Of a DNA stretch of 64,000 bases, positions 1-18,000 are shown in pieces (positions within the stretch are counted from its first letter, which is position 1; every line of letters begins with the position of its first letter). The stretch is from Eledone cirrhosa (lineage: Eukaryota), in contig OZ024743.1 in NCBI GenBank assembly GCA_964016885.1, forward strand, positions 173,786,001 through 173,850,000, written 5' to 3'. Below the pieces are notes generated by a model. That model was not told the DNA's origin. It saw only the letters and a program-made list of their open reading frames with translations, and searched no databases. The position numbers were made by a program, and so were the translations under genes.

Positions 1-3000
1 TGTGTTAACACACACTGTATAATTGGTACACCTTACTGTGTTAACACACACTGTATAATTGGTACACCTTACTGTGTTAACACACACTGTATAATTGGTA
101 CACCTTACTGTGTTAACACACTATAATTGGTACACCTTACTGTGTTAATACACACTGTATAATTACTACACCTTACTGTGTTAACACATACTGTATAATT
201 GGTACAACTTACACTGTTAACGCAGACTGTATAATTGGTACACCTTACTGTGTTAACACACACTGTATAATTGGTACAGCTTAGTGTTAACGCAGACTGT
301 ATAATTGGTACACCTTACTGTGTTAACGCACACTGTATAATTAGTACACCTTACAGTGTTAACACACACTGTATAATTGGTACACCTTACTGTGTTAACG
401 CACACTGTATAATTGGTACACCTTACTGTGTTAACACACACTGTATAATTTGTACACCTTACTCTGTTAACGCACACTGTATAATTGGTACACCTTACTG
501 TGTTAACACACACTGTATAATTAGTACACCTAACAGTGTTAACACACTGTATAATTAGTACACCTTCCTGTGTTAACGCACACTGTATAATTGGTACACC
601 TTACTGTGTTAACGCAGACTGTATAATTGGTACACCTTACTGTGTTAACACACACTGTATAATTGGTACAGCTTACTGTGTTAACGCAGACTGTATAATT
701 GGTACACCTTACTGTGTTAACGCACACTGTATAATTAGTACACCTTACAGTGTTAACACACACTGTATAATTGGTACACCTTACTGTGTTAACGCACACT
801 GTATAATTGGTACACCTTACTGGGTTAACGCACACTGTATAATTAGTACACCTTACAGTGTTAACACACACTGTATAATTGGTACACCTTACTGGGTTAA
901 CGCACACTGTATAATTAGTACACCTTACAGTGTTAACACACACTGTATAATTGGTACACATTACAGTGTTAACACACACTGTATAATTGGTACACCTTTC
1001 TGTGTTAACACACACTGTATAATTAGTACACCTTACTGTGTTAACACACACTGTATAATTAGTACACCTAACAGTGTTAACACACTGTATAATTAGTACA
1101 CCTTACTGTGTTAACACACACTGTATAATTGGTACACCTTACTGTGTTAATGCACACTGTATAATTGGTACACCTTACAGTGTTAACACACACTGTATAA
1201 TTATTACACCTTACTGTGTTAATGCACACTGTATAAGTTGTACACCTTACAGTGTTAACGCACACTGTATAATTAGTACACCTTACTGTGTTAACACACA
1301 CTGTATAATTGGTACACCTTACTGTGTTAACACACACTGTATAATTGGTACACCTTACTGTGTTAACACACACTGTATAATTGGTACACCTTACTGTGTT
1401 AACACACACTGTATAATGGGTACGCCTTACTGTGTTAACACACACTGTATAATTGGTACACCTTACTGTGTTAACGCACACTGTATAATTAGTACACCTT
1501 ACAGTGTGAACACACACTGTATAATTGGTACACCTTACTGTGTTAACACACACTGTTTAATTGGTACACCTTACTGTGTTAACACACACTGAATAATTGT
1601 TACACCTTACTGTGTTAACGCACACTGTATAATTAGTACACCTTACAGTGTTAACACACACTGTATAATTGGTACACCTTACTGTGTTAACGCACACTGT
1701 ATAATTAGTACACCTTACAGTGTTAACACACACTGTATAATTGGTACACCTTACTGTGTTAACGCACACTGTATAATTGGTACACCTTACTGGGTTAACG
1801 CACACTGTATAATTAGTACACCTTACAGTGTTAACACACACTGTATAATTGGTACACCTTACTGGGTTAACGCACACTGTATAATTAGTACACCTTACAG
1901 TGTTAACACACACTGTATAATTGGTACACATTACAGTGTTAGCACACACTGTATAATTGGTACACCTTACTGTGTTAACACACACTGTATAATTAGTACA
2001 CCTTACTGTGTTAACACACACTGTATAATTAGTACACCTAACAGTGTTAAGACACTGTATAATTAGTACACCTTACTGTGTTAACACACACTGTATAATT
2101 GGTACACCTTACTGTGTTAATGCACACTGTATAATTGGTACACCTTACAGTGTTAACACACACTGTATAATTATTAAACCTTACTGTGTTAATGCACACT
2201 GTATAAGTTGTACACCTTACAGTGTTAACGCACACTGTATAATTAGTACACCTTACTGTGTTAACACACACTGTATAATTGGTACACCTTACTGTGTTAA
2301 CGCACACTGTATAATTAGTACACCTTACAGTGTTAACACACACTGTATAATTGGTACACCTTACTGTGTTAACGCACACTGTATAATTGGTACACCTTAC
2401 TGTGTTAACGCACACTGTATAATTGGTACACCTTACTGTGTTGACGCACACTGTATAATTGGTACACCTTACTGTGTTAACACACACTGAATAATTGGTA
2501 CACCTTTCTGGGTTAACGCACACTGTATAATTGGTACACCTTACTGTGTTAACGCATACTGTATAATTGCTACACCTTACAGTGTTAACACACACTGTAT
2601 AGTTGGTACACATTACTGTGTTAACGCACACTGTATAATTAGTACACCTTACAGTGTTAACACACACTGTATAATTGGTACACCTTACAGTGTTAACACA
2701 CACTGTATAATTGGTACGCCTTACTGTGTTAACACACACTGTATAATTAGCAAACCTTACTGTGTTAACACACACTGTATAATTAGTACACCTTACAGTA
2801 TTAACACACACTGTATAATTGGTACACCTTACTGTGTTAACGCACACTGTATAATTAGTACACCTTACAGTGTGAACACACACTGTATAATTGGTACACC
2901 TTACTGTGTTAACGCACACTGTATAATTGGTACACCTTACTGTGTTAACACACACTGAATAATTGGTACACCTTACTGTGTTAATGCACACTGTATAATT

Positions 3001-6000
3001 AGTACACCTTACAGTGTGAACACACACTGTATAATTGGTACACCTTACTGTGTTAACACACACTGTTTAATTGGTACACCTTACTGTGTTAACACACACT
3101 GAATAATTGTTACACCTTACTGTGTTAACGCACACTGTATAATTAGTACACCTTACAGTGTTAGCACACACTGTATAATTGGTACACCTTACTGTGTTAA
3201 CGCACACTGTATAATTAGTACACCTTACAGTGTTAACACACACTGTATAATTGGTACACCTTACTGTGTTAACGCACACTGTATAATTGGTACACCTTAC
3301 TGGGTTAACGCACACTGTATAATTAGTACACCTTACAGTGTTAACACACACTGTATAATTGGTACACCTTACTGGGTTAACGCACACTGTATAATTAGTA
3401 CACCTTACAGTGTTAACACACACTGTATAATTGGTACACATTACAGTGTTAGCACACACTGTATAATTGGTACACCTTACTGTGTTAACACACACTGTAT
3501 AATTAGTACACCTTACTGTGTTAACACACACTGTATAATTAGTACACCTAACAGTGTTAAGACACTGTATAATTAGTACACCTTACTGTGTTAACACACA
3601 CTGTATAATTGGTACACCTTACTGTGTTAATGCACACTGTATAATTGGTACACCTTACAGTGTTAACACACACTGTATAATTATTAAACCTTACTGTGTT
3701 AATGCACACTGTATAAGTTGTACACCTTACAGTGTTAACGCACACTGTATAATTAGTACACCTTACTGTGTTAACACACACTGTATAATTGGTACACCTT
3801 ACTGTGTTAACGCACACTGTATAATTAGTACACCTTACAGTGTTAACACACACTGTATAATTGGTACACCTTACTGTGTTAACGCACACTGTATAATTGG
3901 TACACCTTACTGTGTTAACGCACACTGTATAATTGGTACACCTTACTGTGTTGACGCACACTGTATAATTGGTACACCTTACTGTGTTAACACACACTGA
4001 ATAATTGGTACACCTTTCTGGGTTAACGCACACTGTATAATTGGTACACCTTACTGTGTTAACGCATACTGTATAATTGCTACACCTTACAGTGTTAACA
4101 CACACTGTATAGTTGGTACACATTACTGTGTTAACGCACACTGTATAATTAGTACACCTTACAGTGTTAACACACACTGTATAATTGGTACACCTTACAG
4201 TGTTAACACACACTGTATAATTGGTACGCCTTACTGTGTTAACACACACTGTATAATTAGCAAACCTTACTGTGTTAACACACACTGTATAATTAGTACA
4301 CCTTACAGTATTAACACACACTGTATAATTGGTACACCTTACTGTGTTAACGCACACTGTATAATTAGTACACCTTACAGTGTGAACACACACTGTATAA
4401 TTGGTACACCTTACTGTGTTAACGCACACTGTATAATTGGTACACCTTACTGTGTTAACACACACTGAATAATTGGTACACCTTACTGTGTTAATGCACA
4501 CTGTATAATTAGTACACCTTACAGTGTTAACACACACTGTATAATTGGTACACCTTACTGTGTTAACGCACACTGTATAATTAGTACACCTTACAGTGTT
4601 AACACACACTGTATAATTGGTACACCTTACTGTGTTAACGCACACTGTATAATTGCTACACCTTACTGTGTTAACGCACACTGTATAATTGGTACACCTT
4701 ACTGTGTTAACGCACACTGTATAATTGGTACACCTTACTGTGTTAACACACACTGAATAATTGGTACACCTTACTGTGTTAACGCACACTGTATAATTGG
4801 TACACCTTACTGTGTTAACACACACTGTATAAATAGTACACCTTACAGTGTTAACACACACTGTATAATTAGTACACCTTACAGTGTTAACACACACTGT
4901 ATAATTGGTACACCTTACTGGGTTAAGGCACACTGTATAATTAGTAAACCTTACAATGTTAACACACACTGTATAATTGGTACACCTTACAGTGTTAACA
5001 CACACTGTATAATTGATACACCTTACTGGGTTAACGCACACTGTATAATTAGTACACCTTACAGTGTTAACACACACTGTATAATTAGTACACCTTACAG
5101 TGTTAACACACTGTATAATTGGTACACCTTACTGTGTTAACACACACTGTATAATTAGTACACCTTACTGTGTTAACACACACTGTATAATTAGTACACC
5201 TTACAGTGTTAACACACACTGTGTAATTGGTACACCTTACTGTGTTAACACACACTGTATAATTAGTACACCTTAGTGTGTTAACACACACTGTATAATT
5301 GGTACACCTTACTGTGTTAACACACACTGTATAATTGGTACAGCTTACTGTGTTAACGCAGACTGTATAATTGGTATACCTTACTGTGTTAACGCACACT
5401 GTATAATTAGTACACCTTACAGTGTTAACACACACTGTATAATTGGTACACCTTACTGTCTTAACGCACACTGTATAATTGGTACACTTTACTGGGTTAA
5501 CGCACACTGTATAATTAGTACACCTTACAGTGTGAACACACACTGTATAATTGGTACACCTTACTGGGTTAACACACACTGTATAATTGGTACACCTTAC
5601 TGTGTTAATGCACACTGTATAATTGGTACACCTTACAGTGTTAACACACACTGTATAATTATTACACCTTACTGTGTTAACGCACACTGTATAAGTTGTA
5701 CACCTTACAGTGTTAACGCACACTGTATAATTAGTACACCTTACTGTGTTAACACACACTGTATAATTGGTACACCTTACTGTGTTAACACACACTGTAT
5801 AATTGGTACACCTTACTGTGTTAACGCACACTGTATAATTGGTACACCTTACTGTGTTAACACACACTGTATAATGGGTACGCCTTACTGTATTAACTCA
5901 CACTGTATAATTGGTACACCTTACTGTGTTAACGCACACTGTATAATTGGTACACCTTACTGTGTTAACACACACTGTATAATTGGTACACCTTACTGTG

Positions 6001-9000
6001 TTAACACACACTTCATAATTGGTACACCTTACTGTGTTAACACACACTGTATAATTGGTACACCTTACTGTATTAACGCACACTGTATAATTAGTACACC
6101 TTACAGTGTGAACACACACTGTATAATTGGTACACCTTACTGTGTTAACACACACTGTATAATTGGTACACCTTACTGTGTTAACACACACTGAATAATT
6201 GTTACACCTTACTGTGTTAACGCACACTGTATAATTAGTACACCTTACAGTGTTAACACACACTGTATAATTGGTACACCTTACTGTGTTAACGCACACT
6301 GTATAATTAGTACACCTTACAGTGTTAACACACACTGTATAATTGGTACACCTTACTGTGTTAACGCACACTGTATAATTGGTACACCTTACTGTGTTAA
6401 CGCACCCTGTATAATTGGTACACCTTACTGTGTTGACGCACACTGTATAATTGGTACACCTTACTGTGTTAACACACACTGAATAATTGGTACACCTTTC
6501 TGGGTTAACGCACACTGTATAATTGGTACACCTTACTGTGTTAACGCATACTGTATAATTGGTACACCTTACAGTGTTAACACACACTGTATAGTTGGTA
6601 CACATTACTGTGTTAACGCACACTGTATAATTAGTACACCTTACAGTGTTAACACACACTGTATAATTGGTACACCTTACTGGGTTAACGCACACTGTAT
6701 AATTAGTACACCTTACAGTGTTAACACACACTGTATAATTGGTAGACATTACAGTGTTAACACACACTGTATAATTGGTACACCTTACTGTGTTAACACA
6801 CACTGTATAATTAGTACACCTTACTGTGTTAACACACACTGTATAATTAGTACACCTTACAGTGTTAACACACACTGTGTAATTGTTACACCTTACTGGG
6901 TTAACGCACACTGTATAATTAGTACACCTTACAATGTTAACACACACTGTATAATTGGTACACCTTACAGTGTTAACACACTGTATAATTAGTACACCTT
7001 ACTGTGTTAACACACACTGTATAATTAGTACACCTTACAGTATTAACACACACTGTATAATTGGTACACCTTACTGTGTTAACGCACACTGTATAATTAG
7101 TACACCTTACAGTGTGAACACACACTGTATAATTGGTACACCTTACTGTGTTAACGCACACTGTATAATTGGTACACCTTACTGTGTTAACACACACTGA
7201 ATAATTGGTACACCTTACTGTGTTAATGCACACTGTATAATTAGTACACCTTACAGTGTTAACACACACTGTATAATTGGTACACCTTACTGTGTTAACG
7301 CACACTGTATAATTAGTACACCTTACAGTCTTAACACACACTGTATAATTGGTACACCTTATTGTGTTAACGCACACTGTATAATTGGTACACCTTACTG
7401 TGTTAATGCACACTGTATAATTGGTACACCTTACTGTGTTAACGCACACTGTATAATTGGTACACCTTACTGTGTTAACACACACTGAATAATTGGTACA
7501 CCTTACTGTGTTAACGCACACTGTATAATTGGTAGACCTTACTGTGTTAACACACACTGTATAATTAGTACACCTTACAGTGTTAACACACACTGTATAA
7601 TTAGTACACCTTACAGTGTTAACACACACTGTATAATTGGTACACCTTACTGGGTTAAGGCACACTGTATAATTAGTAAACCTTACAATGTTAACACACA
7701 CTGTATAATTGGTACACCTTACAGTGTTAACACACACTGTATAATTGATACACCTTACTGGGTTAACGCACACTGTATAATTAGTACACCTTACAGTGTT
7801 AACACACACTGTATAATTGGTACACCTTACAGTGTTAACACACACTGTATAATTGGTACACCTTACTGTGTTAATACACACTGTATAATTACTACACCTT
7901 ACTGTGTTAACACACACTGTATAATTAGTACACCTTACAGTGTTAACACACACTGTGTAATTGGTACACCTTACTGTGTTAACACACACTGTATAATTAG
8001 TACACCTTAGTGTGTTAACACACACTGTATAATTAGTACACCTTACAGTGTTAACACACACTGTATAATTGGTACACCTTACTGGGTTAACGCACACTGT
8101 ATAATTAGTACACCTTACAGTGTTAACACACACTGTATAATTGGTACACCTTACAGTGTTAACACACACTGTATAATTAGTACACCTTACTGTATTAACA
8201 CACACTGTATAATTAGTACACCTTACAGTGTTAACACACACTGTATAATTGGTACACCTTACTGTGTTAAGGCACACTGTATAATTGGTACACCTTACTG
8301 TGTTAACGCACACTGTATAATTGGTACACCTTACTGTGTTAACACACACTGTATAATTGGTACACCTTACTGTGTTAACGCCCACTGTATAATTGGTACA
8401 CCTTACTGTGTTAACACACTGTATAATTGGTACACCTTATTGTGTTAACACACACTGTATATTTGGTACATCTTACAGTGTTAACACACACTGTATAATT
8501 GGTACACCTTACTGTGTTAACACACACTGTAAAATTAGTACACCTTACTGTGTTAACACACTATAATTGGTACACCTCACTGTGTTAACACACACTGTAT
8601 AATTGGTACACCTTACAGTGTTAACGCACACTGTATAATTGGTACACCTTACTGTGTTAACACACACTGTATAATTGGTACACCTTACTGTGTTAACACA
8701 CACTGTATAATTACACCTTACTGTGTTAACACATACTGTATAATTGGTACATCTTACAGTGTTAACGCAGACTGTATAATTGGTACACGTTACTGTGTTA
8801 ACACACACTGTATAATTGGTACAGCTTACTGTGTTAACGCAGACTGTATAATTGGTACACCTTACTGTGTTAACGCACACTGTATAATTAGTACACCTTA
8901 CAGTGTTAACACACACTGTATAATTGGTACACCTTACTGTGTTAACGCACACTGTATAATTGGTACACCTTACTGTGTTAACACACACTGTATAATTGGT

Positions 9001-12000
9001 ACACCTTACTCTGTTAACGCACACTGTATAATTGGTACACCTTACTGTGTTAACACACACTGTATAATTAGTACACCTAACAGTGTTAACACACTGTATA
9101 ATTAGTACACCTTACTGTGTTAACACACACTGTATAATTGGTACACATTACTGTGTTAACACACACTGTATAATTGGTACAACTTACTGTGTTAACGCAC
9201 ACTGTATAATTAGTACACCTTACAGTGTTAACACACACTGTATAATTGGTACACCTTACTGTGTTAATGCACACTGTATAATTGGTACACCTTACTGTGT
9301 TAACGCACACTGTATAATTGGTACACCTTACTGTGTTAACGCACACTGTATAATTGGTACACCTTACTGTGTTAACACACACTGAATAATTGGTACACCT
9401 TTCTGGGTTAACGCACACTGTATAATTGGTACACCTTACTCTGTTAACGCACACACTGTATAATTGGTACACCTTACAGTGTTAACACACACTGTATAAT
9501 TGGTACACCTTACTGTGTTAACGCACACTGTATAATTAGTACACCTTACAGTGTTAACACACACTGTATAATTGGTACACCTTACTGTGTTAACGCACAC
9601 TGTATAATTGGTACACCTTACTGTGTTAACGCACACTGTATAATTGGTACACCTTACTGTGTTAACGCACACTGTATAATTGGTACACCTTACTGTGTTA
9701 ACACACACTGAATAATTGGTACACCTTAGTGTGTTAACGCACACTGTATAATTGGTAGACCTTACTGTGTTAACACACACTGTATAATTAGTACACCTTA
9801 CAGTGTTAACACACACTGTATAATTAGTACACCTTACAGTGTTAACACACACTGTATAATTGGTACACCTTACTGGGTTAAGGCACACTGTATAATTAGT
9901 AAACCTTACAATGTTAACACACACTGTATAATTGGTACACCTTACAGTGTTAACACACACTGTATAATTGATACACCTTACTGGGTTAACGCACACTGTA
10001 TAATTAGTACACCTTACAGTGTTAACACACACTGTATAATTGGTACACCTTACAGTGTTAACACACACTGTATAATTGGTACACCTTACTGTGTTAACAC
10101 ACACTGTATAATTACTACACCTTACTGTGTTAACACACATTGTATAATTAGTACACCTTACAGTGTTAACACACACTGTGTAATTGGTACACCTTACTGT
10201 GTTAACACACACTGTATAATTAGTACACCTTAGTGTGTTAACACACACTGTATAATTAGTACACCTTACAGTGTTAACACACACTGTATAATTGGTACAC
10301 CTTACTGGGTTAACGCACACTGTATAATTAGTACACCTTACAGTGTTAACACACACTGTATAATTGGTACACCTTACAGTGTTAACACACACTGTATAAT
10401 TAGTACACCTTACTGTATTAACACACACTGTATAATTAGTACACCTTACAGTGTTAACACACACTGTATAATTGGTACACCTTACTGTGTTAAGGCACAC
10501 TGTATAATTGGTACACCTTACTGTGTTAACGCACACTGTATAATTGGTACACCTTACTGTGTTAACACACACTGTATAATTGGTACACCTTACTGTGTTA
10601 ACGCCCACTGTATAATTGGTACACCTTACTGTGTTAACACACTGTATAATTGGTACACCTTATTGTGTTAACACACACTGTATATTTGGTACATCTTACA
10701 GTGTTAACACACACTGTATAATTGGTACACCTTACTGTGTTAACACACACTGTAAAATTAGTACACCTTACTGTGTTAACACACTATAATTGGTACACCT
10801 CACTGTGTTAACACACACTGTATAATTGGTACACCTTACAGTGTTAACGCACACTGTATAATTGGTACACCTTACTGTGTTCACACACTGTATAATTGGT
10901 ACACCTTACTGTGTTAACACACACTGTATAATTACACCTTACTGTGTTAACACATACTGTATAATTGGTACATCTTACAGTGTTAACGCAGACTGTATAA
11001 TTGGTACACGTTACTGTGTTAACACACACTGTATAATTGGTACAGCTTACTGTGTTAACGCAGACTGTATAATTGGTACACCTTACTGTGTTAACGCACA
11101 CTGTATAATTAGTACACCTTACAGTGTTAACACACACTGTATAATTGGTACACCTTACTGTGTTAACGCACACTGTATAATTGGTACACCTTACTGTGTT
11201 AACACACACTGTATAATTGGTACACCTTACTCTGTTAACGCACACTGTATAATTGGTACACCTTACTGTGTTAACACACACTGTATAATTAGTACACCTA
11301 ACAGTGTTAACACACTGTATAATTAGTACACCTTACTGTGTTAACACACACTGTATAATTGGTACACATTACTGTGTTAACACACACTGTATAATTGGTA
11401 CACCTTACTGTGTTAACGCACACTGTATAATTAGTACACCTTACAGTGTTAACACACACTGTATAATTGGTACACCTTACTGTGTTAATGCACACTGTAT
11501 AATTGGTACACCTTACTGTGTTAACGCACACTGTATAATTGGTACACCTTACTGTGTTAACGCACACTGTATAATTGGTACACCTTACTGTGTTAACACA
11601 CACTGAATAATTGGTACACCTTTCTGGGTTAACGCACACTGTATAATTGGTACACCTTACTCTGTTAACGCACACACTGTATAATTGGTACACCTTACAG
11701 TGTTAACACACACTGTATAATTGGTACACCTTACTGTGTTAACGCACACTGTATAATTAGTACACCTTACAGTGTTAACACACACTGTATAATTGGTACA
11801 CCTTACTGTGTTAACGCACACTGTATAATTGGTACACCTTACTGTGTTAACGCACACTGTATAATTGGTACACCTTACTGTGTTAACGCACACTGTATAA
11901 TTGGTACACCTTACTGTGTTAACACACACTGAATAATTGGTACACCTTACTGGGTTAACGCACACTGTATAATTGGTACACCTTACTGTGTTAACACACA

Positions 12001-15000
12001 CTGTATAATTAGTACACCTTACAGTGTTAACACACACTGTATAATTGGTACACCTTACTGGGTTAAGGCACACTGTATAATTAGTACACCTTACAGTGTT
12101 AACACACACTGTATAATTGGTACACCTTACTGTGTTAACACACACTGTATAATTAGTAAACCTTACAATGTTAACACACACTGTATAATTGGTACACCTT
12201 ACAGTGTTAACACACACTGTATAATTGATACACCTTACTGGGTTAACACACACTGTATAATTAGTACACCTAACAGTCTTAACACACTGTATAATTAGTA
12301 CACCTTACTGTGTTAACACACACTGTATAATTGGTACACCTTACAGTGTTAACACACACTGTATAATTGGTACACTTACTGTGTTAACACACACTGTATA
12401 ATTAGTACACCTTACTGTGTTAACACACACTGTATAATTAGTACACCTTACAGTGTTAACACACTCTGTGTATTTGGTACACCTTACTGGGTTAACGCAC
12501 ACTGTATAATTAGTACACCTTACAGTGTTAACACACACTGTATAATTGGTACACCTTACAGTGTTAACACACACTGTATAATTAGTACACCTTACTGTAT
12601 TAACATACACTGTATAATTAGTACACCTTACTGTGTTAAGGCACACTGTATAATTGGTACACCTTACTGTGTTAACGCACACTGTATAATTGGTACACCT
12701 TACTGTGTTAACACACACTGTATAATTGGTACACCTTACTGTGTTAACGCACACTGTATAATTGGTACACCTTACTGTGTTAACACACTGTATAATTGGT
12801 ACACCTTATTGTGTTAACACACACTGTATATTTGGTACATCTTACAGTGTTAACACACACTGTATAATTGGTACACCTTACTGTGTTAACACACACTGTA
12901 AAATTAGTACACCTTACTGTGTTAACACACTATAATTTGTACACCTCACTGTGTTAACACACACTGTATAATCGGTACACCTTACAGTGTTAACGCACAC
13001 TGTATAATTGGTACACCTTACTGTGTTAACACACACTGTATAATTGGTACACCTTACTATGTTAACACACACTGTATAATTACTACACCTTACTGTGTTA
13101 ACACATACTGTATAATTGGTACATCTTACAGTGTTAACGCAGACTGTATAATTGGTACACCTTACTGTGTTAACACACACTGTATAATTGGTACAGCTTA
13201 CTGTGTTAACGCAGACTGTATAATTGGTACACCTTACTGTGTTAACGCACACTGTATAATTAGTACACCTTACAGTGTTAACACACACTGTATAATTGGT
13301 ACACCTTACTGTGTTAACGCACACTTTATAATTGGTACACCTTACTGTGTTAACACACACTGTATAATTGGTACACCTTACTCTGTTAACGCACACTGTA
13401 TAATTGGTACACCTTACTGTGTTAACACACACTGTATAATTAGTACACCTAACAGTTTTAACACACTGTATAATTAGTACACCTTACTGTGTTAACACAC
13501 ACTGTATAATTGGTACACATTACTGTGTTAACACACACTGTATAATTGGTACACCTTACTGTGTTAACGCACACTGTATAATTAGTACACCTTACAGTGT
13601 TAACACACACTGTATAATTGGTACACCTTACTGTGTTAATGCACACTGTATAATTGGTACACCTTACAGTGTTAACGCACACTGTATAATTGGTACACCT
13701 TACTGTGTTAACGCACACTGTATAATTGGTACACCTTACTGTGTTAACACACACTCAATAATTGGTACACCTTTCTGTGTTAACGCACACTGTATAATTG
13801 GTACACCTTACTGTGTTAACGCACACTGTATAATTGGTACACCTTACAGTGTTAACACACACTGTATAGTCGGTACACATTACTGTGTTAACGCACACTG
13901 TGTAATTAGTACACCTTACAGTGTTAACACACACTGTATAATTAGTACACCTTACTGTGTTAACACACACTGTATAATTAGTACACCTTACAGTGTTAAC
14001 ACACACTGTGTAATTGGTACACCTTACTAGGTTAACGCACACTGTATAATTGGTACACCTTACTGTGTTAACACACTGTATAATTGGTACACCTTACTGT
14101 GTTAACACACACTGTATATTTGGTACATCTTACAGTGTTAACACACACTGTATAATTGGTACACCTTACTGTGTTAACACACACTGTAAAATTAGTACAC
14201 CTTTCTGTGTTAACACACTATAATTGGTACACCTCACTGTGTTAACACACACTGTATAATTGGTACACCTTAAAGTGTTAACGCACACTGTATAATTGGT
14301 ACACCTTACTGTGTTAACACACACTGTATAATTGGTACACCTTACTGTGTTAACACACACTGTATAATTACTACACCTTACTGTGTTAACACATACTGTA
14401 TAATTGGTACATCTTACAGTGTTAACACAGACTGTATAATTGGTACACCTTACTGTGTTGACGCACACTGTATAATTGGTACAGCTTACTGTGTTAACGC
14501 ACACTGTATAATTAGTACACCTTACAGTGTTAACACACACTGTATAATTGGTACACCTTACTGTGTTAACGCACACTGTATAATTGGTACACCTTACTGG
14601 GTTAACGCACACTGTATAATTAGTACACCTTACAGTGTTAACACACACTGTATAATTGGTACACCTTACTGGGTTAACGCACACTGTATAATTAGTACAC
14701 CTTACAGTGTTAACACACACTGTATAATTGGTACACATTACAGTGTTAACACACACTGTATAATTGGTACACCTTACTGTGTTAACACACACTGTATAAT
14801 TAGTACACCTTACTGTGTTAACACACACTGTATAATTAGTACACCTTACAGTGTTAACACACACTGTATAATTGGTACACATTACTGTGTTAACACACAC
14901 TGTATAATTAGTACACCTTACAGTGTTAACACACACTGTATAATTGGTACAACTTACTGTGTTAACACACTGTATAATTGGTACACCTTACTGTGTTAAC

Positions 15001-18000
15001 ACACACTGTATAATTGGTACATCTTACAGTGTTAACACACACTGTATAATTGGTACACCTTACTGTGTTAACACACACTGTAAAATTAATACACCTTTCT
15101 GTGTTAACACACTATAATTGGTACACCTCACTGTGTTAACACACACTGTATAATTGGTACACCTTACAGTGTTAACGCACACTGTATAATTGGTACACCT
15201 TACTGTGTTAACACACACTGTATAATTGGTACACCTTACTGTGTTAACACACACTGTATAATTACTACACCTTACTGTGTTAACACATACTGTATAATTG
15301 GTACATCTTACAGTGTTAACGCAGACTGTATAATTGGTACACCTTACTGTGTTGACGCACACTGTATAATTGGTACAGCTTACTGTGTTAACGCAGACTG
15401 TATAATTGGTACACCTTACTGTGTTAACGCACACTGTATAATTAGTACACCTTACAGTGTTAACACACACTGTATAATTGGTACACCTTACTGTGTTAAC
15501 GCACACTGTATAATTGGTACACCTTACTGGGTTAACGCACACTGTATAATTAGTACACCTTACAGTGTTAACACACACTGTATAATTGGTACACCTTACT
15601 GGGTTAACGCACACTGTATAATTAGTACACCTTACAGTGTTAACACATATTGTATAATTGGTACACATTACAGTGTTAACACACACTGTATAATTGGTAC
15701 ACCTTACTGTGTTAACACACACTGTATAATTAGTACACCTTACTGTGTTAACACACACTGTATAATTAGTACACCTTACAGTGTTAACACACACTGTATA
15801 ATTGGTACACATTACTGTGTTAACACACACTGTATAATTAGTACACCTTACAGTGTTAACACACACTGTATAATTGGTACACCTTACTGTGTTAACACAC
15901 ACTGTATAATTGGTACATCTTACAGTGTTAACACACACTGTATAATTGGTACACGTTACTGTGTTAACACACACTGTATAATTAGTACACCTTACAGTGT
16001 TAACACACACTGTATAATTGGTACACCTTACTGTGTTAACACACACTATATAATTGGTACACCTTACAGTGTTAACACACACTGTATAATTGGTAAACAT
16101 TACTGTGTTAACACACACTGTATAATTGGTACACCTTACTGTGTTAACACACACTGTGTAATTGGTACACCTTACTGTGTTAACACACACTGTATAATTA
16201 GTACACCTTACTGTGTTAACACACACTGTATAATTGGTACACATAACAGTGTTAACACACACTGTATAATTGGTAAACATTACTGTGTTAACACACACTG
16301 TATAATTGGTACACCTTACTGTGTTAACACACACTGTATAATTAGTACACCTTACTGTGTTAACACACACTGTATAATTAGTACACCTTACTGTGTTAAC
16401 ACACACTGTATAATTGGTACACCTTACTGTGTTAACACACAATGTATAATTGGTACACCTTACAGTGTTAACACACACTGTATAATTAGTACACCTTACA
16501 GTGTTAACACACACTGTGTAATTGGTACACCTTACTGTGTTAACACACACTGTATAATTGGTACACCTTACAGTGTTTACACACTGTATAATTGGTACAC
16601 ATTACTGTGTTAACACACTGTATAATGAGTACACCTTTCTGTGTTAACACACACTGTATAATTAGTACACCTTACAGTGTTAACACACACTGTATAATTG
16701 GTACACATTACTGTGTTAACACACACTGTATAATTGGTACACATTAATGTGTTAACACACACTGTATAATTGGTACACCTTACAGTGTTAACACACACTG
16801 TATAATTGGTACACATTACTGTGTTAACACACACTGTATAATTGGTACACCTTACAGTGTTAACACACACTGTATAATTGGTACACATTACTGTGTTAAC
16901 ACACACTGTATAATTAGTACACCTTACTGTGTTGACACACACTGTATAATTGGTACAGCTTACTGTGTTAACGCAGACTGTATAATTGGTACACCTTACT
17001 GTGTTAACGCACACTGTATAATTAGTACACCTTACATTGTTAACACACACTGTATAATTGGTACACCTTACTGTGTTAATGCACACTGTATAATTGGTAC
17101 ACCTTACTGGGTTAACGCACACTGTATAATTAGTACACCTTACAGTGTTAACACACACTGTATAATTGGTACACCTTACTGGGTTAACGCACACTGTATA
17201 ATTAGTACACCTTACAGTGTTAACACACACTGTATAATTGGTACACATTACAGTGTTAACACACACTGTATAATTGGTACACCTTACTGTGTTAACACAC
17301 ACTGTATAATTAGTACACCTTACTGTGTTAACACACACTGTATAATTAGTACACCTTACAGTGTTAACACACACTGTATAATTGGTACACATTACTGTGT
17401 TAACACACACTGTATAATTAGTACACCTTACAGTGTTAACACACACTGTATAATTGGTACACCTTACTGTGTTAACACACACTGTATAATTGGTACATCT
17501 TACAGTGTTAACACACACTGTATAATTGGTACACGTTACTGTGTTAACACACACTGTATAATTAGTACACCTTACAGTGTTAACACACACTGTATAATTG
17601 GTACACCTTACTGTGTTAACACACACTATATAATTGGTACACCTTACAGTGTTAACACACACTGTATAATTGGTAAACATTACTGTGTTAACACACACTG
17701 TATAATTGGTACACCTTACTGTGTTAACACACACTGTGTAATTGGTACACCTTACTGTGTTAACACACACTGTATAATTAGTACACCTTACTGTGTTAAC
17801 ACACACTGTATAATTGGTACACATTACAGTGTTAACACACTCTGTATAATTGGTAAACATTACTGTGTTAACACACACTGTATAATTGGTACACCTTACT
17901 GTGTTAACACACACTGTATAATTAGTACACCTTACTGTGTTAACACACACTGTATAATTAGTACACCTTACTGTGTTAACACACACTGTATAATTGGTAC